A stretch of DNA of 64,000 nt, from positions 10,478,001 to 10,542,000 of the forward strand of contig OZ176053.1 in NCBI GenBank assembly GCA_964247055.1. Reading direction: 5' to 3'. A program made the translations under genes and the position numbers. Shown here piece by piece: positions 1 to 12,756 of this stretch. The notes beneath the pieces were generated by a model. The model was not told the DNA's origin. It ran no database searches and was given only the letters and a program-made list of their open reading frames with translations. Source of the stretch: Paragordius varius. Lineage: Eukaryota; Animalia; Nematomorpha. Position 1 is the stretch's first letter, and every line of letters begins with the position of its first letter.

Positions 1-448
1 AAAAACTGTCATTTTTCAACGTTGATGTTTTTTACAGGGACTTTATAAATAGAAATATTTTGATATTTGACTAGATACTATGCATTTAACTTTTAATATC
101 TTACCTAACCTATTTATAAAATGATTTTAATAAAACAAAGACATATAAAATTTTTGTTGTTTAATATATTTTTTTATCAATCGATATAACAATGGGAAAT
201 CATAGCATAATTTTTATAAATTTATTATGATAGTAAAATGCAACGGGATATCATGATTTTGGTTTGGGTTAGTAGTGATAGAAGGTTTTGTACACTCTTG
301 TGATAAATGCTCCATCTTTAAAAAATGGTTTGTGGTTTTTTATATATTTTTTATGGCGAAGTTCATTCCAAATTATATTATTAAAATATATCAAATATAA
401 AAAAAGGAAATCGATATTTTAAAAATTTAATTTTAAGTATGGGCTTAA

Positions 449-974
449 CACTTCGATTCGAATTGGGTGATTAAATACCCCAGACAATATTGAAAATGGT
501 ATTTTAAACTCTGAAAGAAACGGTTTCAATTTAAATATTTATGCTTCTATCCTATTAAAAATTATATAAATAAACTTAAATATCTAAATAAAAGTTAGTT
601 TTGGAAAAAAAGTTCCGTCTCAAACTATTTAGTCGCCATTTTTATTACATTAATTAATATATCGTTAATTTAATTTCAAATCTAAAATTGAGTTTATATT
701 TTTATTATAACATTGATATAAGCTGAAAAAGTGGTATATTTCGCATTATTTTTACATTTACTTATGCACACATGCTGTTGGCTAATTTTTACCTTTAAGT
801 TCTACCTCTAAATAAATATAAACAAGTATTTTTGAAAGATTTTATATATTTCAGCTAATTAATGTTATGCAAGTGTAAGCTTTTGTCATCATTTCAATTG
901 ATTTCATAGTTTTTTGAAATTTTTAATTTTATTCAAGCCTGGGTTATCTAAATACCACAATTACAGTCGAAGGA
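449..974 (-). mobile_element. ~530-bp MITE-like element, piggyBac-like (TTAA-bounded) family, copy 1 in reverse orientation
   Basis: Begins TTAA|cacttcgattcgaattggg..ataccccag and ends gcctgggttatctaaatacc..gtcgaagga. Its interior is the reverse complement of 2244-2796. Superfamily is inferred only from TTAA at one end. Confidence 0.6.
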
Positions 975-2243
975 ATAAAATTAATGTGTTGTATTTAAGT
1001 GTTAAGCTCCAATTGCTTTTAAATAGGCTAATTTACTAAATATAAACGTAAAAATTCATAGGTTGAGTGATAAAATTTTCAAATATGTGATAAATTTTGA
1101 TATACATAAATTTCAAAAAATACTTTCATTTAATCAAATCTTTTTGAAGTGGGAGCCTTTAAAAAATTCTAAAGCAAGAGAATTGTTTTGCGCTATCATA
1201 TCGTTTCCATTATTCCTCAAAATATATGAGGTCAACTTTAATAATATTTTGCAAAAATTAAATTTTAAAAAAGGGTTGGTATCAAAATTTAACTTATAAT
1301 TAAAACTTTTATCGTGCAATTTTAGCATTTTTGCTTTAAAAGAAAGGTGCCCATTCAAAAGGCAAAATTTTGGACTTTCGGAGACCACATCTAAAAAATT
1401 CTTTAAAAATTTAATATTAATTTTAAATGTATTTTATGATATATTTTAGTGATATTTTTTGACATAAACCATTTACCTTACATGTGCGACAATTTCGATA
1501 TCTTTAATATATCATTTACTACGAAAGTCATAACAACTATTTTATATTTCTCGTAAGGGCCGAAACCAAAAGGCCCATAATAATCCTGATACATTTCCTA
1601 TCAGAATCTATATATTTCATCAGGATTTTTCATACCCCCGATTTTAACTCCGTGAAATGTCTAATGATCATGTTCTTGTCTAAGTATCAGATTAACTAGA
1701 GATTTAACTCAACGATATTCAAACCGCAAACCACGGGAAGGATACGGCCCTAAAATGTTTTTTCTGTCTCTCAATTCGAATGCTTATTTGGATTATAAAT
1801 ATCTCAAAATGTCTCAAACAGTTAGGAAGTTTTATGTCAGCCCTTAAGACAATATAATTTTTTTGCTGCTCTTTAAACATTTTGGCCAGCACCACGGATG
1901 TAACCCATCTAAAAATAAAAGACTTAAATATCATTGTTAAACTCGTTATATATTGATTATCATTAATACGATTAATATCTCTGACAGCTGCGGAAGTGTA
2001 AGAGATAAAATTGAAAACTTACACAACCTTGGGATGGTAAACCATGCTATAAAGTGGATATAAAATTCACGGATCCGTACATAGTGCCCATAAAAATTGT
2101 CGTGGATGCTTCTAAACGGATTGAAGTCTCTATAAAATAATAAAATTACGCGTTAATGCTTCATAATAAAAGGTGGGATGGTTTGTGCGCAGATGGTGTA
2201 GGGTAATGAGTCACATTAACACTTGGATACACATTCATTTTAG

Positions 2244-2796
2244 TTCTTCGATTCAAATTGGGGTAGTTAAATACCCCAGGCCTGTTTATAATTAAATTCT
2301 TTAAAAAATATGGAATGAATCGAAACCATGGGAAAATCTTGCACTATATAACATTAATAAACCGAAATATATAAAAAATTTTATTCAAAAAAACTTGATA
2401 ATACTTATTTAAAGCCAAAACCGAAAGGTAAAAATTTAGCCAATGTGACATGCCCACAATGGTAAAATTGAAAAACAATACAAAATAAACAGCTTTTTCT
2501 ATTTCTATCAATGTTAGATGGAATTTAAATCAAAAATTAGCTTTATTTTACCCTTAAAATTAAATAAAGACGATATTTTGCAAAAATTTTGTAAAATAAA
2601 AATGGCGGCCAAGTAGTTTGACATGGAGCTTTTTTTTCAAAACAAAATTTTATTTAGATATTTTGGCATATTTATATAATTTTTATTAGGATAGAAGCAT
2701 AAATTTAAATTGGGACTGTTTCCTTCAGTAGTTTTTTAAAAATCCTAACTCAAATTTAGTCTGGGGTATTTAGATACCCCAATTTGAATCGAAGTG
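2244..2796 (+). mobile_element. ~550-bp MITE-like element, piggyBac-like family, copy 2
   Basis: TIRs cttcgattcaaattggggtagttaaataccccag ... ctggggtatttagataccccaatttgaatcgaag; right end followed by TTAA (2797-2800). Interior matches 449-974 (reverse complement) and 42345-42840. Confidence 0.65.
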
Positions 2797-4559
2797 TTAA
2801 GACTAACTGTTGATAAAAAGAATATGGTACAATGCTGGAAAGTGCATATCTTCATAACATGTGAAAATAAGTATTGGGCAACAAGAGACGTAAATGTGAG
2901 TTCGTCAGGATTTTATAGTGAGTTAACTGTTCAAAGTTTATCGTCTCATCGCACTGTAAAACCATCGCAGTTATTTTTATTGTGCAAAAAATATGAGGAT
3001 ACATTATTTGTGCAGGAGTGGGATGCTGAAACGAACCGGTGGTTAAAATAGGTTAGCGCAAAAACGACTTAAAATTTTGCATGCATCGATTGTGGCATGA
3101 AAAGCGATTATTATTCTTTTTACGCTCATAAAATTATATTATTCTTTAATGAAATACACAAAATAGTTGCCACATATATTGATAAAACAAAATTTTAATT
3201 AAACATTATTCTTAATTATGTTGATTGCTGAAATAGGTATTTAATAATTTTAAACCTTTTTTTAACCATAAAAATATATTTCATATTATCTGCATTACTC
3301 CTATTAAATTTTATAATTATTTTCGATTTCAAACATCGTCGCATGCACTTGGCGCGGTATATAACAATTATGATAAAATAAAATCATTTAAATATTAGTT
3401 TTTTTGTAATTTTGGTGTCTTTTTCTGTCCAGAAAATTTGTTGCCTTGGTCCAATATAACTTAAAGATAATTATTTATATTCTCATGCTTTTTTATTATC
3501 TAACTCAATGCGCGAATATTTTTTGAAGGAAATCTTAATATCATAACCAAACTTATCTCAATTTTAATTGGTTTAAGCAATTATTATCATTTATGTTATA
3601 TGTATTATAAATATGCCAAAATGCTTTAAATATCACGTAAGAGAAGGCTCTTTATATCATATTTTGCAAAAACCACACTTGCACATGTTTTGATTAATAT
3701 TGAAATAAAAAATAATATTTTTATTTATATAATTTCGAATTATATAATTTTAATAATTTATGAATCCCATTTAACACTTAACAATGCCCGCTAATTCGAT
3801 TTACGGTATATATTTTAATTATAACTCTACCCATGTTTTGATCTTGCATTAATATAAATGTCAAATTAGGGGTTATCTCTTTTTTATATAAGTTTATAAA
3901 GTAGCTCTATAAAATACAGAAGTCATCATTCTTTAAAAAGTTATTTGCTTTCTCTGAGTGCCATATGAATCAATCATTGAGCCGACTCAAATTTTTTTTA
4001 TATATATAAATAAGTCGAATGACACTTCCTATTTGGTTTTTTCTGAGCCATAAAAATTGTAACTCAAAATTTTTTCCTAATATTGAATTTGCTCTTAAAC
4101 TCCTGGCTATAGGCTCTTCACAATGACATGGCCTAAGTTTTTCGAAAAGAATCGAATAATATTATTTTCTTAAATTATACTCTACCTACAAACTATTTGT
4201 TAAAACTATTTTAATTGAATATTTTATTAAATTCAAATTTTCTCGTTTTTGGCTAGCTTGTTATTATCATATGTTTTGCAAGATATCAAGATTAGGTTCT
4301 AATGTTGTCGGCATTATATAAATTGTTATATCAAGGATTTGTTTTCAAAAAATAATTATTTGAATTTTTGGTGAAAACAAAAATAAATATAATATAGCAA
4401 GCCGCCCCATATTTAAAACTAGTTTAAATATTTTTTATGTTTCACTATTAATATATTTCACCTCCTTTTCAGAATATATGGTTAACATTAATATCCACAG
4501 TGTACAAAATTGGGGGTCATGAGAAAATATATTGATTAAATAAATGTATTCCATTGCTT

Positions 4560-4690
4560 GGATTCGGAACCCGGTTCCTGGGATTTTAATACAAGAACCG
4601 GTTCCGGTTCCAGAATTTCAGGAACCAACCCGGTTCTATCTATAAATTTTTAGGAACCACGGTTTCGGTTCCATCCCCATAATTAGTGGT
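4560..4690. repeat. Cluster of GGAACC/GGTTCC palindromic motifs (probable DNA-transposon subterminal region)
   Basis: Repeated gaacc-n-ggttcc(ggttcc) units, similar to 8105-8342. Confidence 0.5.
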
Positions 4691-4711
4691 TCCTATATGA
4701 TTTTTATTATA

Positions 4712-4950
4712 CAGTAAAAATTGAAATTATACTGACAAAAAATATAAAACAAATATTTTCTTAAAAAGATCTTGTTTTTTTTTAAATATAATTTATTGTT
4801 TTTATCTACAGAGTATAATACAGACATGTAAATTTGAAATATCAATTATATATTTTTAATATTTAATAGTTTATATAGGATAAATTAAGGTTTAAAAAAG
4901 TATGGTTGTCTTTTGAAAACTGTCTTTAAATTTTTATGTTTTGCCCTATA
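4712..4950. mobile_element. Degenerate copy of a TA|CAGT fold-back MITE family
   Basis: Starts ta|cagtaaaaattgaaattata and contains aaaagtatggttgtcttttgaaaa, both shared with 20627-20918. Confidence 0.45.
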
Positions 4951-5320
4951 ATATCCATTATTAATGTAAAAATTTTATTCTATTATTTAAATTTCACACT
5001 ACATATTACATACTTCAAACTTTAAACCAAAAACTAAGCGCCTAATATTATATTAGCAATACTCTCTGAATTTCGGGCCCTTCGGCTCTTCTATAAAAAG
5101 TAATAGCCATAAGTCGTTTAATGATACTACATATGTTCGTGGATATAGGTTTCTGTTGAAAGAATTTTTTTCACCCTTAATTTTCTATTATTAGCCCTGA
5201 GAAGACGTTTGACCAGCCATTTTTATAGTGCAATAATTTTTTAAAATTAAATAATATTTTTTTAGATGCCATACTTAATTAAACTCTCAATTTATACCTT
5301 TGTACTTATATTTCCCATTA

Positions 5321-6631
5321 TCTATATATTTATAAAAATGGAAAATGCTGGCTTTGTGATCTGGTACAGGAAAACCGGTAGACCCAATCAAATCCAAATA
5401 CCAAAAAAATATAATCATTAATAAATGTCCCGACAATAGCTTCGCCCTTTTTTTGAAATAGGCCCCCAGTTCGGGCCCACCCCGTATGAAAAACGGGTTT
5501 TTCTAAAAACAGAAGTCCACAAAATCGTGTTTTTGAGACAATTTTCTGGAGAACATGTTGGACCATTCAATTTCAAATATGATTTTTGTTTACTTATTTT
5601 CTAATGCGCCGAACATAGTCGAGTCACTTTTTTGATTTAGGCCCTCTTTTTACCCGCTCCCCCCGTAAAATGCCATTTTTTTCAAAAAAAAACTAAGTCC
5701 AGAAAAATATTTTTTTAATTGTATTTTTTTGCCCACGGTATGAGACTGTAAAAATTCGAGAAAGATTTTTCGTATTGCCTGTTAAAAGGCAAAAATTTTA
5801 GTCAAGCGTTTCTTTGATGATAGATGCTGAGTAAGGAGTATCTATCATCTGTATAGCATGTTAAAAGATATATGGATATTAATATATTTATGGTAATCTA
5901 TATATTTATAAAAATGGAAAATGCTGGCTTTGTGATCTGGTACAGGAAAACCGGTAGACCCAATCAAATCCAAATATCGAAAAAATATAATCATTAATAA
6001 ATGTCCCGGCAATAGCTTCGCCCTTTTTTTGAAATAGGCCCCCAGTTCGGGCCCACCCCGTATGAAAAACGGGTTTTTCTAAAAACAGAAGTCCACAAAA
6101 TCGTGTTTTTGAGACAATTTTCTGGAGAACATGTTGGACCATTCAATTTCAAATATGATTTTTGTTTACTTATTTTCTAATGCGCCGAACATAGTCGAGT
6201 CACTTTTTTGATTTAGGCCCTCTTTTTACCCGCTCCCCCCGTAAAATGCCATTTTTTCAAAAAAAACAAAGTCCACAAAAATATTTTTCTGATTGTATTT
6301 TTTTGCCCACGGTATGAGACTGTAAAAATTCGAGAAAGATTTTTCGTATTGCCTGTTAAAAGGCAAAAATTTTAGTCAGGCGTTTCTTTGATGATAGCTG
6401 CTGAGTAAGGAGTATCTATCATATGTATAGCATGTTAAAAGATATATGGATATTTATACATTATTTATGGTAATCTATATATTTATAAAAATGGAAAATG
6501 CTGGCTTTGTGATCTGGTACAGGAAAACCGGTAGACCCATTCAAATCCAAACTTTGAACCCCCCCCCCCCCCCCCCCCCAGAAGTCCGAAGGACTTCCTC
6601 GGGCTGCGTAGCAGCACGAGATTCACGCTAG
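5321..6631 (+). mobile_element. Complete non-autonomous Helitron-type element (1311 bp): two 576/577-bp units plus terminal module
   Basis: A|TCTATATATTTATAAAA at 5321; the same head recurs at 5897 and 6474. 3' end: C21 tract, hairpins GAAGTCC-gaa-GGACTTC and CTCG-g-GCTGC-gta-GCAGC-a-CGAG, then CTAG|T (6628-6632). A|TC...CTRR|T with a subterminal hairpin and no TSD is the established Helitron signature. Confidence 0.85.
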
Positions 6632-6637
6632 TAAATT

Positions 6638-7986
6638 AGCGCAATCGAAAATAACTAAATAAAAATCATATTTAAAATTGAATGGTCCAACACGTTCTCC
6701 GGAAAATTGTCTCAAAAACACGATTTTGTGGACTTCTGTTTTCAAAAAAAAACCCGTTTTTCATACGGGGTGGGCCCGAACTGGGGGCCTATTTCAAAAA
6801 AAGGGCGAAGCTATTGTCGGGACATTTATTAATGATTATATTTTTTCGATATTTGGATTTGATTGGGTCTACCGGTTTTCCTGTACCAGATCACAAAGCC
6901 AGCATTTTCCATTTTTATAAATATATAGATTACCATAAATAATGTATTAATATCCATATATCTTTTAACATGCTATACATATGATAGATACTCCTTACTC
7001 AGCATCTATCATTAAAGAAACGCTTGACTAAAATTTTTGCCTTTTAACAGGCAATACGAAAAATCTTTCTCGAATTTTTACAGTCTCATACCGTGGGCAA
7101 AAAAATACAATCAAAAAAATATTTTTGTGGACTTTGTTTTTTTTTGAAAAAAATGGCATTTTACGGGGGGAGCGGGTAAAAAGAGGGCCTAAATCAAAAA
7201 AGTGACTCGACTATGTTCGGTGCAATCGAAAATAAGTAAACAAAAATCATATTTGAAATTGAATGGTCCAACACGTTATCCAAAAAATTGACTTAACCCA
7301 TTTTTCACACGGGGTGGGCCCAAACTGGGGACCTAATTCCAAAAAAGGGCGAAGCTATTGTCGGGGCATTCACTGATTAAATTTTTTCGATGTTTGGATT
7401 TGAATGGCTTCATCGGTTTTCCGGAAACAGATCACAAAGTTATATGAAAAATCAGTTTTTAGCGGGTAGCTCCTTACCCAGCAGCTATCATCAAATAAAC
7501 GGTGGACTAAAATTTTTGCCTTTTAACAGGGAATACGTGGAATCCATATTGAATTTTTACGGTCTCATACCTAGGGCGAAAAATCGATTTAAAAAATTAT
7601 TTTTGTGGACTTTGTTTTTTTAAAAAAATGGCATTTTACGGGGGGAGCGGGTAAAAAGAGGGCCTAAATCAAAAAAGTGGCTCGGCTATGTTCAGCGCAA
7701 TCGAAAATAACTAAATAAAAATCATATTTAAAATTGAATGGTCCAACACGTTCTCCGGAAAATTGTCTCAAAAACACGATTTTGTGGACTTCTGTTTTCA
7801 AAAAAAAAACCCGTTTTTCATAAGGGGTGGGCCCGAACTGGGGGCCTATTTCAAAAAAAGGGCGAAGCTATTGTCGGGACATTTATTAATGATTATATTT
7901 TTTCGATATTTGGATTTGATTGGGTCTACCGGTTTTCCTGTACCAGATCACAAAGCCAGCATTTTCCATTTTTATAAATATATAGA
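6638..7986 (-). mobile_element. 3'-truncated inverted copy of the same Helitron-type family (1057-bp unit type)
   Basis: Reverse-complement 5' head at 7986 (preceded by A on the minus strand) and again at 6929, 1057 bp apart as in the 29-37 kb array. Similarity stops at ~6638 with no hairpin/CTAG end. Confidence 0.8.
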
Positions 7987-8104
7987 TTTAATTATTATGC
8001 AACACTATATTTATTTCTCTATACACTTGAAATTGTTTGATTTATAATTGTTTATCTTGGTTTTATCATTATAATAATAATTTTATAAATCTTTAATCAA
8101 AAGT

Positions 8105-8342
8105 CAGGAACCGAAAATGGAACCGGTTCTCAATGTAAAGAACCGGTTCCGGAACCGCTAAATTTACAAGAAACCAGCGAGGGTTAAGTTCATCCCCGGG
8201 AACCACCCCGGTTCCGGTTCCGAAAATTCAGAAACCGCCCGGTATCATTTTTAAATTCTTGAGAACCAACGCGGTTCCGGTTCCACTTGTTCAGGAACCG
8301 ACCCGGTTCCGATTCCCATTTTTAAACCGGTTTCAATCCCTG
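8105..8342. repeat. GGAACC/GGTTCC palindromic array ending in a hAT-like terminus (aatccctg, reverse complement CAGGGATT)
   Basis: Many gaacc..ggttcc units ending accggtttcaatccctg. The partner TIR and a TSD were not found. Confidence 0.45.
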
Positions 8343-8833
8343 ATATATTCTGATAGATGAAAAATGTATGAGAATTATCATGGTAATTTTGGTTTTGGCT
8401 CTTACGAAGTGTAAATAACTTTCTTATATTACTCTCTGAAACCAAAAGAACCATGAGATTCCTGAATATTTGGAATATATATTTCATCACGACATCTTTT
8501 GTGTACACTATGTATAGATGGAAGAAATATAAATCAGATTTATTTGATGTAATTATATAGAAATTAGCATATATTGAAAAATTGAGTATATAAGTAAATA
8601 ATTCTTAAAATTATTATACAATTACGGTTAAAGCCCCAGTTTAAGATCACAAAACATATTAAATATTTAAATAGCAATTTAATTTAAATCATATCATTTA
8701 GAAAAAATTTTATATTTGCGATTTATAGCTCCTATAATGGCTCCACATATGATTACATAGTATTTGTTATCTTTTATGCTGATGCACGGTTTGGTTCAAT
8801 AAGTGTTATAATTTAGCAATTAATAACAAGAGC

Positions 8834-8900
8834 CGGGGTGTCCAAAACACATATGGCTTCGCGGGTCGCATTAGAACTAGCGAATGAACTTGTAAATTAG
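8834..8900. mobile_element. Terminal fragment of the hAT MITE family seen intact at 60053-60316
   Basis: ccggggtgtccaaaacacatatggcttcgcggg resembles the reverse complement of that element's right end (cagaggtgtccaacataaatggcttcgcggg). Confidence 0.45.
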
Positions 8901-11900
8901 GAGGAACTTTTTTTTCCAAAGAACTGTATATAGCCCGGAAAATTTAATGATGTAGAGCATACATATTTTCCCGAATTATATTTTTATTAAATAAACCTTA
9001 GCTTCTGAATCCTATAGAAATGCTTTCCAGTTATTAAAGCAAAGAAACAATTTAATCATAATTAATGATAAGTGTAGTATCTGCGATATTTAACTATCTA
9101 ATATTTTTGGCTTATTGCGATGTTCAACATTTCACAACTGGGTCCTTAACGGTAATAGTCAAGGCTAACTTTATCAAAACAAAAACTCGAACTTTGACAA
9201 GCTGGGTAGTTTCATTCTTTCTTGCTTCAGCTGATGAGATGATTACATAAAAGTAATTTATAAGCACTTAAAATGTAGTATAACATTTTTTTAACAATGT
9301 AATGATAAAAGATTTTGTTTACTTTCTTTTTATTATGACTAATTGATCAAAAATTTTACCTGTAAAAAAAGAAAATTTCAACTATTATATAACTCAATAT
9401 AAATTAACATAATCATAAAGCTTTATTTATATTATTAACCAAAATATAAGGGATTTGTTGGTTGGATTCTTTAAAGATTTACAATTTTTATATGAGTTAA
9501 TCAATCAAAAACATTGTGCTTCCTGAAAAATAAAATAGATTTTATACATAAAAATTCGATCGAGCGAAATGAAAAGGTGTTGTTAAATGCGCACATTCGA
9601 GAAAATAAAATAAATAAATTATATAATCATATTTAATTTACATTTAAAACCTATTCTCAATATAAAAAATATTTTCTTTATTATTACTTATAATAATAAT
9701 TAAAAATTTTTTCACTTTATTAATATATTTTATTATTATTTTTTTTGTTAATTTATTTACACATCAATGATCCGCAACCATATATTATTCCATTAATTTT
9801 AAACGCATTTGAGAATTAATTTTATTAAATTTTCAAAAATTTATAAATTGTATCCCGTATGATTATTATCTGTAAAATTAATATTATCTATGTCAAAAAT
9901 TATTTGTTTAATGGATTATTAATATTTTATCAATCCATGTATGGATGGATGTGAAAAGAAAGAAAGGTGAGTGTTAAACAAATCTTGTTTTAGTTTAAAG
10001 AAATTTTTTTTACTGTTAATTTTTTTTAATTTTGATCTTGATAATTTTTATGTCACTTATTATATGTTTTAATGATTTATTGACCTATCTTTAAATTATC
10101 ACACTAACATAGGGGTATCGGATTCAAAATTTAAATCTTGATAAATTATATTTTAACTAAATTGACATATAATTCCAATATGGGGATTTGTTTTGAAAAA
10201 TATATTTTATAAAATGAATGGTTTATTTCAATTTTGATGTGAATATATGGAACTTTAATTTTCGGCTATATATATTAAAATGGGCCTATTTTTAAGATAC
10301 CTTTTTTAAGAATTAATATAATAATGTAAAAAATAATATTTTTTAAGATGACAAGACATTTAGAAAACCCCAATGTTGCATTTTTTTAAAAAAAATACTA
10401 TATAAACAGTCCTTCCAAAAATAATGTTTTATATGTGAATCTGTACTATATTCCTTTTTTAAACTGTTTGGCTACAAAAAGTGGTTTTTCCATTTCCGCT
10501 ATTCCTCAGTAGATAAAATAAATAAAAATTCACATACATGATTATAATTTTTGAAAAGGAACAAGCCAAATCTCTATAAACTAGCGGCGTTAACAATGAA
10601 AATATGTCCACGGCCGAATGAAAAAGTTTACAAGATTGTAGCTCTCAAAAAAATAAGACTAACATTTTAAAGATTTAATAGCAACGATTTTTGTAGTTAG
10701 TATATTTAACACAAGCTAAAAATGAAGTTTTGGTTTTCAATATAGACAATCTTTTCACACAATAAACTACCTTGTGGCTTATTGACTCATCCCTGACTTA
10801 TTAATGTTAATTGTACGGAAGGAATGATTATATTTCTTCAGTTCTGTTGAATATAATTATGAAATATATTCGCTCCATTGTATTAAAACTATGGGTGCTT
10901 TAACTATTGAAACATATTATTCTCTCTAGATATTGATTTTGTATTTTTTGAACCACTAAAAATATTCATAGTGATCAAAAAGTCATCCATTTACTAAAGT
11001 TTTTTACTTAAATAAATGGAAATTTTTAATGACTCAAACCATCTTTTTCATGTTGTCTAAAAATGATATTCCCTTGATAATATCATCATTACATTTTGCA
11101 TACTAATAAAGAAAAACTGTATTGTTTAGAATATTCTGCAATATTGTTATTGGTTCTAATTATATCATTATTGAGTCATGAATATAAATTAGTTTGAAAA
11201 ATACATAAAGAAAAAAAGGACAACTTTATAAAAAATTAGTTTATATAAAATATTTTTCATAACCAAGATCAGATCCCTCTTGTAATTTATTATATATACA
11301 TTAAAAATAAATTATTCATAAAAGATGGAAATGAAAAATAGTGGACCTCGATTGGAATAGTTATAAAGGAATATTTTAACTCTTAGTAGTGTTTTATAGT
11401 GTACATACTAATAACTAATAAACAGAAGTGCGCATAGGCTAAATCAGGAAAAGTTCCCTGAACTTTACTCTATATATTTTATATATACTTATAATACATG
11501 AAAGAAAGCTAGCTCCGTTATAAATTAAATCATAACATTAAACACCGTAAGTTAGTACGTACATTGGAAATATTACAAAACAACATTTTGCTACTATATC
11601 ACGATTTACATTAACATTTATATTCAAACCTAAATGTACATCTAAAATTATTTTAAATTCATTTTTTTGGAAAAATCATCAACTATATGTAATAATTAAT
11701 TAAAAAGCATAGAGAATGCGAATTATTGAACTTTAACGCATATTGAATGGCAAAAATGGTTGTGGTTAACTGAACTTTTCTTAATAATTCCATGAAAAAA
11801 AAACGTTTAAAGGGGTCATTCAACACCCACAATATCTAAAATTTAGAGATTTTTACAATGTTAATGTAATATTTTTATATTTGATGGATTTTAATAAAAA

Positions 11901-12756
11901 ATTGTTTTTTTTTCAAGATTTTTTTATCCAATATTTTATTTAGTATATAATAATAATTAAAAAACAATTATCATTTATTCTAAGTTATGATTTATTTTAT
12001 AAAATACATACATAATAAAATAGTTTTTGACCTTGCTCTTTTTTGTGTATAAAGATGTTAATAAAAGAAAAACTTTTGATAAAATAATAATTGATTTATT
12101 AAATATTTATAGGTATAATATAAAATTTGACATATTTTTTAATGCTTTTATTACATATGATTCATAATATAATATATCATTATCGATTCGATATTTTTTC
12201 TTACATATATATGTTTAACACGATGGTGTTTTTTGATACACCAAATATACATCTTTAAAATATGTAAAATAAATTAAACTTTATCATAAATTATTTCTTT
12301 AATAAGAGGTAATTAAATTCATGTTTTTGCACCTAGAATTTGGATAAACATGTAATATATAATCCCATTCAGGATAATAATTTTTTGATTATGTGTTTTT
12401 AAAGTTAACATTAGTTTTACATAATACGCTTACCGCCCATATCAAAACATATCGCAAAACAACTAACTTGTATCTATATGTTATTTTATCATTCAATCGA
12501 CCTCATTAACATAACATGATGGGTAAATTTCTATTAAACTATTATCATAATCCATTTTTTATATGATTTTTATGTCACACATTAATGATGTGGTTTAGTT
12601 GAATTTTGCAAAGTTTTGTGGAGTTATTATCATTTTTTTCCAATTTTTAAAATTTTTTTTGAAAAAATACAAGTTAATTACTTTATAAAACTTCTTCACT
12701 ATACCCTTTTGCATCTAGAGATCTCTGAAAACAACAGATAAGCATTGTCTATTATT

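Noticed and set aside
6446-6631. Poly-proline ORF
   Set aside because: It is a translation of the Helitron terminal poly-C tract.
10600-10670. CDK-like peptide KVYKIVALKKIRL
   Set aside because: No GxGxxG upstream, a stop follows immediately, and no HRD/DFG exon was found nearby.
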